64,000 nucleotides of DNA from an uncultured Eubacteriales bacterium (GCA_934445035.1 CAKSDI010000002.1:88997-152996), one strand, 5' to 3'; positions 46,460-57,665 are shown, counted from the first letter of the stretch. Numbers and translations are program-made. The notes: generated by a model not told the origin, from the letters alone.

Positions 46460-47209
46460 TTATATGTGCAATATATTTTCGTTATTTATTAAAATAAATT
46501 CCACATTTTTAAAATTTTCACTGAGCAGATTTTTAAGCGGCTTTATTATAACGTTTTCCGTCGCATAATGGCCTGCGTCAAAAAGAGATATTTCCGCGTT
46601 TTGAGCGTCAATAAACACATTGTGCTTGACATCGGCTGTCAAAAGCGCGTCAAAATTTTCTTTTATGGCATCGCTTAAATAATCTCCGCCCGATCCCGAG
46701 CAGACGAGGACTCTTTTTAAGTCTGTTTTACCGGGAACATATCTTACCGATGTATTAAGCTTTTGCGAAAGCATTTTTGCAAAAGCCATTGGAGATAAGC
46801 TGTCCGTTTCGCCCTCGCGGAGGGTAAATCCGTCGGAAGCTGTAAAAGGCTTAATATTTTTAAGACCGATTTTTTTGCATAGCTCGTCGCTTACTCCGCC
46901 GTCTGCAATATCTAAGTTCGTGTGGCAGGATATTACGCTTATACCTGATTTAACGCAGTCGAAAACAACGCTTTGTGCGGTAACGCTTTTGATTCCGTTA
47001 AAAATCACGGGGTGGTGGGTAATAATAAGGTCCGCTGATAAAGCTTTCGCTTTTTTAAGCACATCTTTATTGCAGTCAAGAGCTATAACCGCTTTTTTTA
47101 CCTGCGCGTTTTTATCTCCTATCAGGATACCCGTGTTGTCAAAATCAAGCGAGGTATCAAAAGGGAAGCAGAGGTCCAAAAAATCATAAATATCTTGTAA
47201 CTTTATCAT
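46460..47209 (-). CDS. Nif3-like dinuclear metal centre protein
   Basis: NTGILIGD, ITHHPVIF and CHTNLD motifs. The protein is 249 aa. Confidence 0.8.
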   Translation of the reverse strand: MIKLQDIYDFLDLCFPFDTSLDFDNTGILIGDKNAQVKKAVIALDCNKDVLKKAKALSADLIITHHPVIFNGIKSVTAQSVVFDCVKSGISVISCHTNLDIADGGVSDELCKKIGLKNIKPFTASDGFTLREGETDSLSPMAFAKMLSQKLNTSVRYVPGKTDLKRVLVCSGSGGDYLSDAIKENFDALLTADVKHNVFIDAQNAEISLFDAGHYATENVIIKPLKNLLSENFKNVEFILINNENILHI

Positions 47210-48882
47210 TTCTTTTTTACAAACGAGTCCTTAAGGGCAACGGTCCTGTTGAACACGAGATCATTTTCTTTAGAGTCTTTATCAACGCAGAAATAACCTT
47301 GTCTCATAAATTGGAAAGTATCTCCGACCTTTGAACTTAAGAGCGATTTATCGACCTTGCAGTTTTTGATCTCTTTTAAGGAATCTTTATTTAAGTTTTC
47401 CGCAAAGGAGGAAACGCCCTCTTCATCGCTCGGATTTTCAACATTGAAAAGTCTGTCGTAAAGTCTTACGGTCACATCGGCGCAGTCCTCGGCGCTTACC
47501 CAATGAAGCGTGCCTTTGACCTTTCTGCCGTCGGGAGAATCTCCGCCCTTGGTTTCGGGATCATAAGTGCAGTGAACGGCGGTGATATTGCCGTTTTCAT
47601 CCGTTTCGTGGGAAGCATATTTAATATAATAAGCGCCTTTTAAGCGGACTTCTTTTTCAGGGCAGAGCCTGAAATACTTTCCCGGAGGATCAAGCATAAA
47701 GTCGCTTTTTTCAATATAAATTTCTTTTGAAAATGTCACGCTGCTTTTGCCTGCTGACGGATCGTTCGGGTTTTTATCAAACTCTATTTTTTCGGTCTTA
47801 TTCTCATCATAATTATCTATAATGATCTTAAGTGGATCGATAACAGCCATTGCGCGCTCTGCGTGCTCATTAAGATAATCGCGCACGCAGGATTCGAGCA
47901 GGGCATAATCGATAACGCTGTAGGCTTTGGATACTCCTATTTTATCGACAAACGCTCTGACAGCCTGCGCCGGATAACCTCTTCTTCTCATTCCGCAAAG
48001 AGTGGCCATTCTCGGATCGTCCCATCCTGTTACAAGCTTATCGTTTACAAGCTTTAAGCATTTTCTTTTGCTTGTAAGAGTGTAATTTACATTCATTCTT
48101 GCAAACTCTATCTGTCTGGGAGGATTTTTGATATCCGCGGCTTTTAATACCCAGTCGTAAAGCGGGCGGTGGTTTTCAAATTCAAGAGAGCATAAAGAAT
48201 GTGTAACTCCCTCTTTGGCGTCGCTTAAAGGATGTGCAAAATCATACATCGGATAAACGCACCATTTATCGCCCGTTCTGTGATGAGTGGCTTTAAGAAT
48301 TCTGTAAATTACGGGATCTCTCATATTGAGATTTGGAGAAGCCATATCGATCTTTGCTCTTAAAACCATTGAGCCTTCTTCAAATTCACCTTTTGTCATT
48401 TTAAGGAAAAGCTCTTTGTTTTCTTCTATAGGGCGGTTTCTGTAAGGGCTCTCGATACCGGGCTCTGTTAAAGTCCCGCGCATTTCACGGATTTTATCCG
48501 CGCTTGATTCGTCTACAAATGCAAGTCCCTTATCTATAAGATAAAGAGCGCAGTCATAAATATAATCAAAGTAATCGGAAGCATGATACACATTGTCCCA
48601 GTCAAACCCGAGCCATTTAATATCTTCCTTGATAGCGTCAACATACTCGACATCTTCTTTGGTGGGGTTAGTATCGTCAAGTCTTAAATTGCATTTTCCG
48701 TTATATTTTTCCGCTGTACCGAAATCTATGCAAATAGCTTTTGCGTGGCCGATGTGCAGATAACCGTTCGGCTCGGGCGGAAATCTTGTCTGAATATGAT
48801 CGTAAACTCCGTCTTTCAGGTCTTCGTCAATAAAATCAAGTATAAAGTTAGACGGAAGCTCGTTATTCTTTATTTCTTCCAT
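47206..48882 (-). CDS. glnS: glutamine--tRNA ligase
   Basis: RFPPEPNGYLHIGHAKAICIDFG (HIGH) and LTSKRK (KMSKS-like). The protein is 558 aa. Confidence 0.92.
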   Translation of the reverse strand: MEEIKNNELPSNFILDFIDEDLKDGVYDHIQTRFPPEPNGYLHIGHAKAICIDFGTAEKYNGKCNLRLDDTNPTKEDVEYVDAIKEDIKWLGFDWDNVYHASDYFDYIYDCALYLIDKGLAFVDESSADKIREMRGTLTEPGIESPYRNRPIEENKELFLKMTKGEFEEGSMVLRAKIDMASPNLNMRDPVIYRILKATHHRTGDKWCVYPMYDFAHPLSDAKEGVTHSLCSLEFENHRPLYDWVLKAADIKNPPRQIEFARMNVNYTLTSKRKCLKLVNDKLVTGWDDPRMATLCGMRRRGYPAQAVRAFVDKIGVSKAYSVIDYALLESCVRDYLNEHAERAMAVIDPLKIIIDNYDENKTEKIEFDKNPNDPSAGKSSVTFSKEIYIEKSDFMLDPPGKYFRLCPEKEVRLKGAYYIKYASHETDENGNITAVHCTYDPETKGGDSPDGRKVKGTLHWVSAEDCADVTVRLYDRLFNVENPSDEEGVSSFAENLNKDSLKEIKNCKVDKSLLSSKVGDTFQFMRQGYFCVDKDSKENDLVFNRTVALKDSFVKKK

Positions 48883-48895
48883 AAGTGATCCTTTC

Positions 48896-50554
48896 TTAAA
48901 TCCCTTTTATCATTTCATCGATTCTTTCAAAGCATTTATCAATGCCCAGCACCTGCATAATTGCGCAAAGATCGGGAGTATTTCTCCTGCCTGTGACTGC
49001 AATTCTCAGTATAGTGCTTAGATCTCCGGCACTTCCTTTATAGTTATCGGGATTGTTTTTATATTCTTTTGTATCGGAAGCAAAGCCGAGATCGGGGCAA
49101 AGAGATTTGATCTTGTCAAACCATTGCTGTCGGTCGTCACTCATATTATAGACATCTTTATAACGCTTTAAAAACAGCTTTGCGTCATCAGGATCGATAT
49201 TCTCGGGAATTTCGAATGACGGCGTAAAAAGTTCGTCAAAAAAGTAAGAAAAATAATCCTTGGCGTCAGACCATTTAATAAGGTCTTTTCTCGGCTTTTT
49301 AGCGTCGTCACGGTCGATAGAAAGCATTTTTACCGTATAATCGGGATCGCGGGTCAAAATTTCATAAAATTCCGCGTCGAATTCTTTCGCCCAGAGAGTA
49401 AGCTTTTCATAGACCTCGTTGCTCTTAAGTCTGGATATCTGAGTTTTACTGACATCGTTTAACTTATCGTTATCAAAAAGCGCTCCCGAAACGCTCATTT
49501 TCTTTAGATTGAATTTGAAAGTTCTGTAATCAGCGTCGGGATTTGCTTTGCGCCAATCCTCATAATCGGAAGCGGCAATAGTCATAAGATATTCTATCAC
49601 GCTTTGCGGATCGTAACCCTCAAGCGCAAAATATTTTACAGCCGCTTCCGGGTCTTTTCTTTTTGAAATTTTTCTCTTAGCACCGTTTTCGGACTTCATA
49701 ATAGGGGATATATGCCCGTATTTAACAGGCTTAAATCCGAGAAGCTTGAAAAGCTCTATATGCTTAGGCACCGATGATATCCATTCGTCTCCGCGGAGCA
49801 CATGAGTAGTTCTCATCAAATGATCGTCAATCGCGTGAGCGAAGTGATAGGTAGGAATACCGTCGGATTTAAGGATAACGAAGTCCTCGTCGTTTTCCGG
49901 CATTTCTATTTTGCCCTTTATGCAGTCGTCAAATGTGATTCGGTTTTCTTCGCTGCCCTGGGATTTAAGTCTTATAACAAAGGGCTTGCCGAGTTTAAGC
50001 TCGGATCTGACCTCTTCTAAAGTTATATTTCTGTGCTTTGCCCACTCGCCGTGGTAACCCGTGCGTATTTTTTTGCTTTCCTGCTCGTGCCTTACCTCTT
50101 CAAGCTCTTCGGGTGTGCAGAAGCAGGGGTATGCAAGACCTCTTTTGATAAGATCCTTAGCATAAGTTCTGTAAATTTCAGCTCTTTTGCTTTGCTGATA
50201 AGGGCCGTACTTTCCGCTCTCTTCTTCGCCGCTGATAAAGCCTTCGTCAATTTCAATTCCGAAACGCTTTAATCCGTCGATAATATCGGCAATTCCGCCC
50301 TCTATTTCACGCTTTTTATCGGTGTCTTCAATTCTTGTAAAGAAAACTCCTCCGCTTGCAGTGGCGGTTATTCTGTTTACAAGCGCGGTAAAAAGAGTGC
50401 CTAAATGAAGATATCCTGTGGGGCTCGGCGCCACTCTTGTCACTCTTGCGCCTTCCTTTAAGTCCCTTAAAGGATAAAAATTCTCATAGTATGACGGTTC
50501 TTTATCTATATCGGGCAAAAGTAATTGCGCCATTAATTCGTAATCGTTCATCAA
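48896..50554 (-). CDS. gltX: glutamate--tRNA ligase
   Basis: RVAPSPTGYLHLGTLFTAL (HIGH-like) and KISKRK (KMSKS). Confidence 0.88.
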   Translation of the reverse strand: MMNDYELMAQLLLPDIDKEPSYYENFYPLRDLKEGARVTRVAPSPTGYLHLGTLFTALVNRITATASGGVFFTRIEDTDKKREIEGGIADIIDGLKRFGIEIDEGFISGEEESGKYGPYQQSKRAEIYRTYAKDLIKRGLAYPCFCTPEELEEVRHEQESKKIRTGYHGEWAKHRNITLEEVRSELKLGKPFVIRLKSQGSEENRITFDDCIKGKIEMPENDEDFVILKSDGIPTYHFAHAIDDHLMRTTHVLRGDEWISSVPKHIELFKLLGFKPVKYGHISPIMKSENGAKRKISKRKDPEAAVKYFALEGYDPQSVIEYLMTIAASDYEDWRKANPDADYRTFKFNLKKMSVSGALFDNDKLNDVSKTQISRLKSNEVYEKLTLWAKEFDAEFYEILTRDPDYTVKMLSIDRDDAKKPRKDLIKWSDAKDYFSYFFDELFTPSFEIPENIDPDDAKLFLKRYKDVYNMSDDRQQWFDKIKSLCPDLGFASDTKEYKNNPDNYKGSAGDLSTILRIAVTGRRNTPDLCAIMQVLGIDKCFERIDEMIKGI

Positions 50555-50563
50555 ATAATCTCC

Positions 50564-51019
50564 TCAGCTCTTTTCAAGAAGCTTGTTAAGCTCCTCCATA
50601 AAGGTGTTAATGTCTTTAAACTGCCTGTAGACCGACGCAAATCTGACATACGCAACCTCGTCGATACCTTTAAGCTTTTCCATAACAAGCTCGCCTATTC
50701 TGTCGCTGCTGACCTCGCGGTCCATAGAGTTTTGAATAGACTGCTCAATATCGTCTATCGCTTTTTCAAGCGTTTCAAGAGAAACCTGTCTTTTTTCGCA
50801 GGCTCTTATCATACCGTTTAAGAGCTTTTCGCGGTTAAAAGGCTCGCGCGATTTGTCTTTTTTAATAACTATTATCGGCAGGCTTTCTATAAGCTCATAA
50901 GTTGTAAACCGCTTGCCGCATTTTAAGCATTCTCTTCTTCTTCTGATTCTTTCGCCCTCGTCAGTAGGTCTTGAATCGATAACTTTGCTTTCTTCGAAAG
51001 CGCAAAAAGGACATTTCAT
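50564..51019 (-). CDS. nrdR: transcriptional repressor NrdR
   Basis: MKCPFC...SKVIDSRP...[18 protein letters not shown] Zn-ribbon plus an ATP-cone. Confidence 0.95.
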   Translation of the reverse strand: MKCPFCAFEESKVIDSRPTDEGERIRRRRECLKCGKRFTTYELIESLPIIVIKKDKSREPFNREKLLNGMIRACEKRQVSLETLEKAIDDIEQSIQNSMDREVSSDRIGELVMEKLKGIDEVAYVRFASVYRQFKDINTFMEELNKLLEKS

Positions 51020-51166
51020 ACTATTTCTCCCGATATATAAATTAAAATAATTATAACATATTATCTTTTTAATTACAAGATAAATAATTGATAAGAAAAG
51101 GTCTTGTTATTAAGATTGGTTTTGTGGTATAATGTACTAAATTGATTTTTCTTCGGAGTGATAGAT

Positions 51167-52438
51167 TTGCCTTTAAAATCAAAAAAAATTGCAGAAAATG
51201 CAGACGGAATTTTTATAAGAAGCAATAAGTTCAACACGACCTTGATCTCGTTTAATTTTTATCTTCCTTTAAGCGAGGAAACTGTGGCTGAATATGCGCT
51301 TTTGCCGTTTGTTCTTACAACCTGCGGAAAAAAATATCCCGATTTTTCGGAGCTTAATTTCAAGCTCAGCCGTCTTTACGGCGCCGAGCTGATTGCTTCA
51401 AGCGAAAAAGTCGGCGATCTTCAGCTTTTAAAAATCGGTATTTCGGTTATAAACAACAGGTTTACTCTTGATAACGACGATCTCGTCGGCAGTGCGGCTG
51501 ATATGCTTGAAAGTCTTATTTTTGAGCCGAAAGCGGAAAATGAAGAATTTTCATTATCCGATGTTGAAAGAGAAAAGAATAAAGCTGTTCAGCATATTTT
51601 AGGCGAATTCAGCGAAAAAAGAATTTATGCCAAAAAGCGTCTTATTGAAGAAATGTATAAAAATATGCCTTACGGCGTTCCGAAATGCGGAACGCCCGAG
51701 CAGATAAAGAAAATTACCGGAAAGTCGCTTTATAAGGCTTATAAAGAAGTACTTTCAAAAGCGTATTTAAGAGTAAATGTAATTTCCGATAATCTGCCCA
51801 TAACGCTTTTCTCGGAAATCGGTGAAAAATTATCCTTATTTGACCGCGGGAATAAAGCGGATATCACAGGCAATATAAATCTCGATCCGGCATTAAAGCC
51901 TGTAAGGATCGATGAAAAAGAAGATGTTACACAGTGCAAGCTTGCAATGGGATTTACAAGCGAGCTTAAAGGCTCCGATAAAGACACGGCGGCTTTAATG
52001 CTTGCCTGCGATATTTTCGGCGGCGGCCCTTACTCAAAGCTTTTTTCAAATGTCAGAGAAAAAATGAGCCTTTGCTATTACTGCGCCGCAAGATGCGTTA
52101 AAATAAAGGGACTCGTAACGGTGGAAAGCGGAGTCGAGCTTGAAAATATCGAAAAAACCGAATCTGCCGTATTAGCCGAGCTTGAAAAGCTGCAAAGCGG
52201 CGAGATAACCGATTTTGAATTTGAATCGTCAAAGAAAAGCTGTGTTGATTCGCTCAATTCGTTCAGCGACGGTCAAGGTCTGCTCGATACCTGGTATTCG
52301 CTTAAAATTTTTGAAAGCGAGCCTTTGGATCCCGAAAGCCTTGCAGAGCTTTTAAAGCAAGTAACTAAAGAAGAGATAATAGAGGCGGCAAAGGGAATTA
52401 AACTGCACACGGTATTCCGTCTGTTACCTAAATCCTGA
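51167..52438 (+). CDS. M16 (insulinase) family protein lacking the HxxEH motif (non-catalytic partner)
   Basis: Its length and placement match the partner gene. No HxxEH motif is found. I prefer TTG 51167 (GGAG 8 nt upstream) over the in-frame GTG at 51158. Confidence 0.7.
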   Translation: MPLKSKKIAENADGIFIRSNKFNTTLISFNFYLPLSEETVAEYALLPFVLTTCGKKYPDFSELNFKLSRLYGAELIASSEKVGDLQLLKIGISVINNRFTLDNDDLVGSAADMLESLIFEPKAENEEFSLSDVEREKNKAVQHILGEFSEKRIYAKKRLIEEMYKNMPYGVPKCGTPEQIKKITGKSLYKAYKEVLSKAYLRVNVISDNLPITLFSEIGEKLSLFDRGNKADITGNINLDPALKPVRIDEKEDVTQCKLAMGFTSELKGSDKDTAALMLACDIFGGGPYSKLFSNVREKMSLCYYCAARCVKIKGLVTVESGVELENIEKTESAVLAELEKLQSGEITDFEFESSKKSCVDSLNSFSDGQGLLDTWYSLKIFESEPLDPESLAELLKQVTKEEIIEAAKGIKLHTVFRLLPKS

Positions 52439-52450
52439 AAGGAAATTGCT

Positions 52451-53740
52451 ATGAAAAAAGAATATTTTGAGGGACCTTTAGGCGAGGGCTATACAAAAGC
52501 TGTTCATAGTTCGGGTCTTGAAATTTACATTATGGAAAAGCCGCAGTTTTCGTCTTGCTACGCGATATTCGGAACTAAATACGGCTCTATAGATACGGAA
52601 TTTTCCGTTGACGGTAAGGATACGGTAAAGGTTCCCGAGGGAATAGCACACTTTCTTGAGCATAAGCTCTTTGAGAGCGAAGACGGCGACGCTTTTAATA
52701 AATACGCTCTTACCGGCGCTTCCGCCAATGCTTACACTTCTTTTGACAGAACCTGTTACCTTTTTTCCTGCAGTGATAAATTTTATGAAAATCTCGATAT
52801 CCTTTTAAATTTTGTTCAGTCGCCTTATTTTACTGAGGCAACCGTATCAAAAGAGCAGGGAATTATCGCGCAGGAAATAAAAATGTATGACGACAGCCCC
52901 GCCTGGAGAGTAATGTTCAATATGCTTAAAACGATGTTTAAAAAGCACCCTGTGAGCATTGATATCGCTGGAACGGTCGAGTCCATAGCCGAGATAGACG
53001 CAGGTCTTCTTTATAAATGCTATGAAACATTTTATAACCCGTCAAATATGTTTATCTGTATCGCAGGTAACATTGATACAAACGCTGTTTTAAAAGAAAT
53101 AGATAAAAAAATCATATTAAAGCCTGCTCTGACTATTGAAAAAGGCAATTTTACTGACGGCGAAAAGGTCGAAAAGCATTTTGTTTCTCAGGAATTATCA
53201 GTATCAATTCCTATGTTCTGTTTAGGTTTCAAGCAAAGTATAACCACTGCTTTTCAGAGCCTTAAAACTAAGGTGTGCCTTTCATTGCTTCTTGAAATGA
53301 TCTGCGGCGACAGCTCTCCGCTTTATGCCGAGCTTATAAGAAAAGGTCTTATAAACGATGAGTTCGGAAGCGAATATTTCACGGGCAACGGTTACGCGGC
53401 GCTTATTTTTGAGGGGGAGTCCTCCGATCCTAAAAGAGTGAGCGAGGAAATAAAGGGCGAAATAAACAGGATTAAGAAAAACGGAATTGATAAAAAGCTC
53501 TTTGCGGCTGTTAAAAACGCGGCTTACGGCGACGCCGTAAGGTCTTTCCAAAGCACGGAGGGAATTGTAATGCAGTTTGTAAACGGCGCGGTATCAGGCT
53601 ACAATATATTTGATGAGATAAAGTATATAAAATCCGTTACTTCGGAAGATCTTTTAAGATGCTTAAATGAATTTGATGTTACAAACAGGGTTTTATCGGT
53701 TATCGATCCTGTAAAGCAGACAGGGGAGGAAAATCTCTGA
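52451..53740 (+). CDS. M16 family zinc peptidase
   Basis: The inverted zincin motif HFLEH is present in GIAHFLEHKLFE. Confidence 0.85.
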   Translation: MKKEYFEGPLGEGYTKAVHSSGLEIYIMEKPQFSSCYAIFGTKYGSIDTEFSVDGKDTVKVPEGIAHFLEHKLFESEDGDAFNKYALTGASANAYTSFDRTCYLFSCSDKFYENLDILLNFVQSPYFTEATVSKEQGIIAQEIKMYDDSPAWRVMFNMLKTMFKKHPVSIDIAGTVESIAEIDAGLLYKCYETFYNPSNMFICIAGNIDTNAVLKEIDKKIILKPALTIEKGNFTDGEKVEKHFVSQELSVSIPMFCLGFKQSITTAFQSLKTKVCLSLLLEMICGDSSPLYAELIRKGLINDEFGSEYFTGNGYAALIFEGESSDPKRVSEEIKGEINRIKKNGIDKKLFAAVKNAAYGDAVRSFQSTEGIVMQFVNGAVSGYNIFDEIKYIKSVTSEDLLRCLNEFDVTNRVLSVIDPVKQTGEENL

Positions 53741-54681
53741 TGACGCAGAATGTTACCATTTTCGGAATTCACTTAAAGCTTGATCCTATCGCATTCACCC
53801 TGCCGATAGGGGAAAACGGCTGGGATATCTATTGGTACGGCATTATAATCGCCGCGGGATTTCTTTTGGCGATCATCTACGCTTATAAAAACGCGGACAG
53901 ATTTAATATAAATATCGACAGAATGCTCGATGTTATCCTTGTGACGACGCCTGTGGCTATTCTGTGCGCGAGAACTTATTATCTTATTTTTGACGGAGAA
54001 AAGCTTGAATCTTTTTCCGATTTCTTCGGATTCGGTAATTCCGGGTTTACAGGTCTTGCGATCTACGGCGGCGTAATAGGCGCTTTCGGCTGCGGAATGC
54101 TTATGTGCAAACTAAGAAAAGTTAAAGTGCTTGATATGTTTGATCTTGCCGCAATAGGATTTTTGATAGGTCAGGGAATAGGCCGCTGGGGTAACTTTAT
54201 GAATCAGGAAGCTTTCGGCGGACCGACGGGCAGTTCCTTTTTCGGAATGACGAGCGAAAATGTTGTAAGAGATTTTGCTATGAAAGGTTATGATCCCACT
54301 GCTCTCGCGCATCCGTGCTTTTTATATGAATCTATTTGGTGTATCGCGGGATTTTTCGTTCTTAATCATTTTTCTAAGAAAAGAAAATATTCAGGTCAAA
54401 TAATTCTGATGTACTGCGCGTGGTATGGCTTCGGAAGAGGTTTTATCGAGCTTTTAAGAACCGATAGCTTAATGCTCGGTCCCTTAAAGGTATCGAGTCT
54501 GCTATCTTTCCTTATTTGTATCGGCTCGGTTATAACAATGATCTGCCTGCATAAGAAAGCAAAGGTTAAGGCTGAAAACGCCGGATATGAAAGCGTTTTC
54601 GAAGAAAATAACATAAATAAAAACATAGAAATAACAGAAAATATAACCAAAGAGGATGAGGAAAATGGCTCAGATACTTGA
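53740..54681 (+). CDS. lgt: prolipoprotein diacylglyceryl transferase
   Basis: GRWGNFMNQEAFG signature and multiple TM helices. Confidence 0.9.
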   Translation: MTQNVTIFGIHLKLDPIAFTLPIGENGWDIYWYGIIIAAGFLLAIIYAYKNADRFNINIDRMLDVILVTTPVAILCARTYYLIFDGEKLESFSDFFGFGNSGFTGLAIYGGVIGAFGCGMLMCKLRKVKVLDMFDLAAIGFLIGQGIGRWGNFMNQEAFGGPTGSSFFGMTSENVVRDFAMKGYDPTALAHPCFLYESIWCIAGFFVLNHFSKKRKYSGQIILMYCAWYGFGRGFIELLRTDSLMLGPLKVSSLLSFLICIGSVITMICLHKKAKVKAENAGYESVFEENNINKNIEITENITKEDEENGSDT

Positions 54682-55531
54682 CGGTAAAGCAGTAGCGGCG
54701 GCAGTAAAAGCCGAAGTGAAAGAAAAGGTAAATGAATTAAATAAAAAAGGGATAGAAGTTTGCCTTGCAGTCATTCTTGTGGGCGACGATCCCGCTTCTA
54801 AAATTTATGTTTCAAATAAGAAAAAGACCTGCGAGGCGCTCGGAATAATTTCGAAAGAATTTATTTTAAGCTCCGATACAAAAGAGGATGAGCTCATAGA
54901 GCTTATTAATAAGCTGAACGCCGATAAATCGGTTAACGGAATTTTGTGCCAGCTGCCTTTGCCTAAAGGAATAAATGAGAAAAATGTTTTGAATTCTATT
55001 TCTCCGCTAAAGGATGTTGATGCTTTTCATCCTGTAAATGTCGGCAAAATTATGATAGGCGAGTATGATTTTGTTCCTTGCACGCCTGCGGGAATTATGG
55101 AGATCCTTAAATTCTATAATATTGATCCGAGCGGTAAAGACTGTGTTGTGATCGGAAGATCAAATATAGTAGGAAAGCCTATGGCTATGCTCCTTTTACA
55201 TAAAAACGGGACTGTTACCGTATGTCATTCAAAAACCACCGATCTTAAAAGTAAATGCAAGAGCGCGGATATTTTAGTAAGCGCTGTAGGAATTGCAGGA
55301 TTTGTAACGGCAGATATGGTAAAGGAAAACGCGGTTGTAATAGATGTCGGAATGAACAGAAAAGACGGCGTGCTTTGCGGCGATGTTGATTTTGAACAAG
55401 TAAGTAAAAAAGCGGGCTTTATTACTCCTGTTCCGGGAGGAGTAGGACCGATGACTATCGCTATGCTTATGAAGAACACCTTAACTGCAGCCTACAAGCA
55501 AAACGGTATAAAGCCTTCGGAGGAAAAATGA
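54665..55531 (+). CDS. folD: bifunctional methylenetetrahydrofolate dehydrogenase/cyclohydrolase
   Basis: MAQILDGKAVA..., CTPAGIMEIL, GRSNIVGKPMAMLL and PVPGGVGPMTIAML. Confidence 0.95.
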   Translation: MAQILDGKAVAAAVKAEVKEKVNELNKKGIEVCLAVILVGDDPASKIYVSNKKKTCEALGIISKEFILSSDTKEDELIELINKLNADKSVNGILCQLPLPKGINEKNVLNSISPLKDVDAFHPVNVGKIMIGEYDFVPCTPAGIMEILKFYNIDPSGKDCVVIGRSNIVGKPMAMLLLHKNGTVTVCHSKTTDLKSKCKSADILVSAVGIAGFVTADMVKENAVVIDVGMNRKDGVLCGDVDFEQVSKKAGFITPVPGGVGPMTIAMLMKNTLTAAYKQNGIKPSEEK

Positions 55532-56199
55532 AAAAGCACTATTTTTTTCTCATATTTTTGATTTTAATGCCGATCGTTTTCTTTTCTTCCTGCGCCGAGC
55601 AAAGGGAATACAATATAGGAATTCCCAAAGGATTTTCTTCCGCTCAAAGCGATGAGGATCTATCCGAGCTTGCAGAAATTATCGGTGTGGATAAAAAAGA
55701 ATTAAAGGACTATTTTAAAGAGGACAGAATTGTTTTAATGGCGGTAAACAGCGATAATTCCGTACAGATAAAATTAAGCTGTTTTGAAAACGATTATTCA
55801 AAGGCTATCGGCTCTTTTGAATTTTTGAAGACCGAGGAAATAAACAACTATGCCGCTGCCGCTGTTAAGAGCAAATATGAAATAGTAAAGAATAACGATA
55901 ATTCTTTTATATATGTTCAGGAACATATAACGAGCGAAGATAAAGAATATGTTTCTTCAAGGTATATCACGGTTAAAAACGATAAATTTTATGTTTTGTC
56001 CTGCTATAATACAGGCAGCACACAGGATAAAACAATAAAAAATGTTTTTAAATCTCTTGAAATTGATTCTCAGACAGCGGCGATACCCGTGTGGCAGACG
56101 ATATTGATTTCTCTCGGAATTGCATTGTTTACCGCGGCGGCATTCGGAATAATTATAAGCTTTATAAACGACAGAAAAGCAAAAGAACAAGAAATTTGA
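55528..56199 (+). CDS. hypothetical lipoprotein with a C-terminal TM anchor
   Basis: Signal peptide plus lipobox-like FFSSC. The C-terminal helix reads ILISLGIALFTAAAFGIIISFI. Confidence 0.6.
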   Translation: MKKHYFFLIFLILMPIVFFSSCAEQREYNIGIPKGFSSAQSDEDLSELAEIIGVDKKELKDYFKEDRIVLMAVNSDNSVQIKLSCFENDYSKAIGSFEFLKTEEINNYAAAAVKSKYEIVKNNDNSFIYVQEHITSEDKEYVSSRYITVKNDKFYVLSCYNTGSTQDKTIKNVFKSLEIDSQTAAIPVWQTILISLGIALFTAAAFGIIISFINDRKAKEQEI

Positions 56200-56247
56200 A
56201 AAACAGCGCCTTTTTCGGGAAATATAAAACCGAGGGAGGCGCTTTTT

Positions 56248-57657
56248 TTGACGGAACTTTATAAAAACTATATAAATAAGATCGACGGTGTGTTAAAGCC
56301 GGAATTAAGCTTCGATATTATTAAGCGGAATATCGAAGTGGGCGGCAACAGCGCGACTCTGTATTTTGTAGACGGATTTATTAAAGACGAGGTTTTTGAG
56401 AAGATACTTGAATATCTTTTTACACTCGATACCGAAAAAATGAACTCTGTGAAAACTATGGAGGAGTTTGAAAAATTCGGTCTTCCGTATGTTGAAACGG
56501 AGGTATCGTCGGACCCGGAGGAGGCGGCAAGATCTGTGCTTTGCGGGCCTGCAATGCTTGTGATCGATAAAATTTCAGGTCTGCTTGTTATCGATACAAG
56601 AACTTATCCCGTAAGGGGGATAGAGGAGCCCACAAAAGATAGGTCGCTGAGAGGCTCAAGAGACGGTTTTGTTGAAACACTGATAATGAATACCGCGCTT
56701 TTAAGAAGACGGATAAGAACAGAAGATCTAAGAATGGAATATATGCAGATAGGTGAAAATTCCAAGGTGGATATCGCTATTTCTTATCTCGAAAGCTCGG
56801 TGGATAAAAAGACTCTTGACCTTTTAAGAAAAAGACTTGAAAAAATAAACCTTAAAAGTATCTCGATGACAGGGCAGGCGATAAGCGAAAGCATAATTCC
56901 GCACAATGTTTTAAATCCTTTTCCTAAATTCAGATTTACCGAAAGACCTGATTTTGCCTCGGCGGCTGTGCTCGACGGCAAGATTGTGCTTTTAATGGAT
57001 AACTCGCCGTCGGTAATAATCATTCCCGATTCCTTTGCGGATTTTTTCAGGGAGGCGGACGATTATTATTTTCTGCCCGCAATATCCTGCTATACAAGGC
57101 TTTTGAGGTTTGCAGTCACTTTATCAACTATAATTATTTCGCCTCTTTATTTGATGTTTATGAACGATCAGTCGCTTATCCCTAAATTTTTAAGCTTTTT
57201 AAAAAATGCAAAATCGGGATCCTTGCCGCTTCTTGTTCAGTTTTTAATACTTGAGCTTATTGTTGACGGTCTGCGGCTCGCTTCGATAAATACCCCCGAT
57301 TCTCTTTCAAATTCTTTGGGAATTATCGGAGGACTTATTCTTTCGGAATTTGCAGTCAGCGCAGGGTGGTTTGTGGGAGAAACTATCTTGCTCACGGCTT
57401 TCGTAACTATAGCCGCTTATTCGCAGCCGAGCTTCGAAATGGGATACGCTATGAAATTTCAAAGAATTTCGCTTTTGATATTAACACAGCTGTTTTCCTA
57501 TTTCGGGCTTATTTTCGGAATAATATTCTGGGTAATAGTTTTATGCTGTAATAAGACCTTGTCGGGGAAAGGCTATTTTTACCCCGTTATACCATTTAAT
57601 CTAAAGGCATTTTTAGGGATTTTTTCACGAAAAAAACTCGATCCGAAAAAATATTAA
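56248..57657 (+). CDS. GerA-family spore germination protein (SpoVAF-like orphan A subunit)
   Basis: TTG start. LDGKIVLLMDNSPSVIIIPDSFADFFREADDYYF followed by about five C-terminal TM helices. No adjacent B or C subunit genes are present. Confidence 0.75.
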   Translation: MTELYKNYINKIDGVLKPELSFDIIKRNIEVGGNSATLYFVDGFIKDEVFEKILEYLFTLDTEKMNSVKTMEEFEKFGLPYVETEVSSDPEEAARSVLCGPAMLVIDKISGLLVIDTRTYPVRGIEEPTKDRSLRGSRDGFVETLIMNTALLRRRIRTEDLRMEYMQIGENSKVDIAISYLESSVDKKTLDLLRKRLEKINLKSISMTGQAISESIIPHNVLNPFPKFRFTERPDFASAAVLDGKIVLLMDNSPSVIIIPDSFADFFREADDYYFLPAISCYTRLLRFAVTLSTIIISPLYLMFMNDQSLIPKFLSFLKNAKSGSLPLLVQFLILELIVDGLRLASINTPDSLSNSLGIIGGLILSEFAVSAGWFVGETILLTAFVTIAAYSQPSFEMGYAMKFQRISLLILTQLFSYFGLIFGIIFWVIVLCCNKTLSGKGYFYPVIPFNLKAFLGIFSRKKLDPKKY

Positions 57658-57665
57658 AAAATAAC

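Noticed and set aside
51020-51157. A search for NrdR boxes or other operators between nrdR and the M16 peptidase genes.
   Set aside because: Only AT-rich sequence with weak partial palindromes was found, and no convincing match to the NrdR-box pattern.
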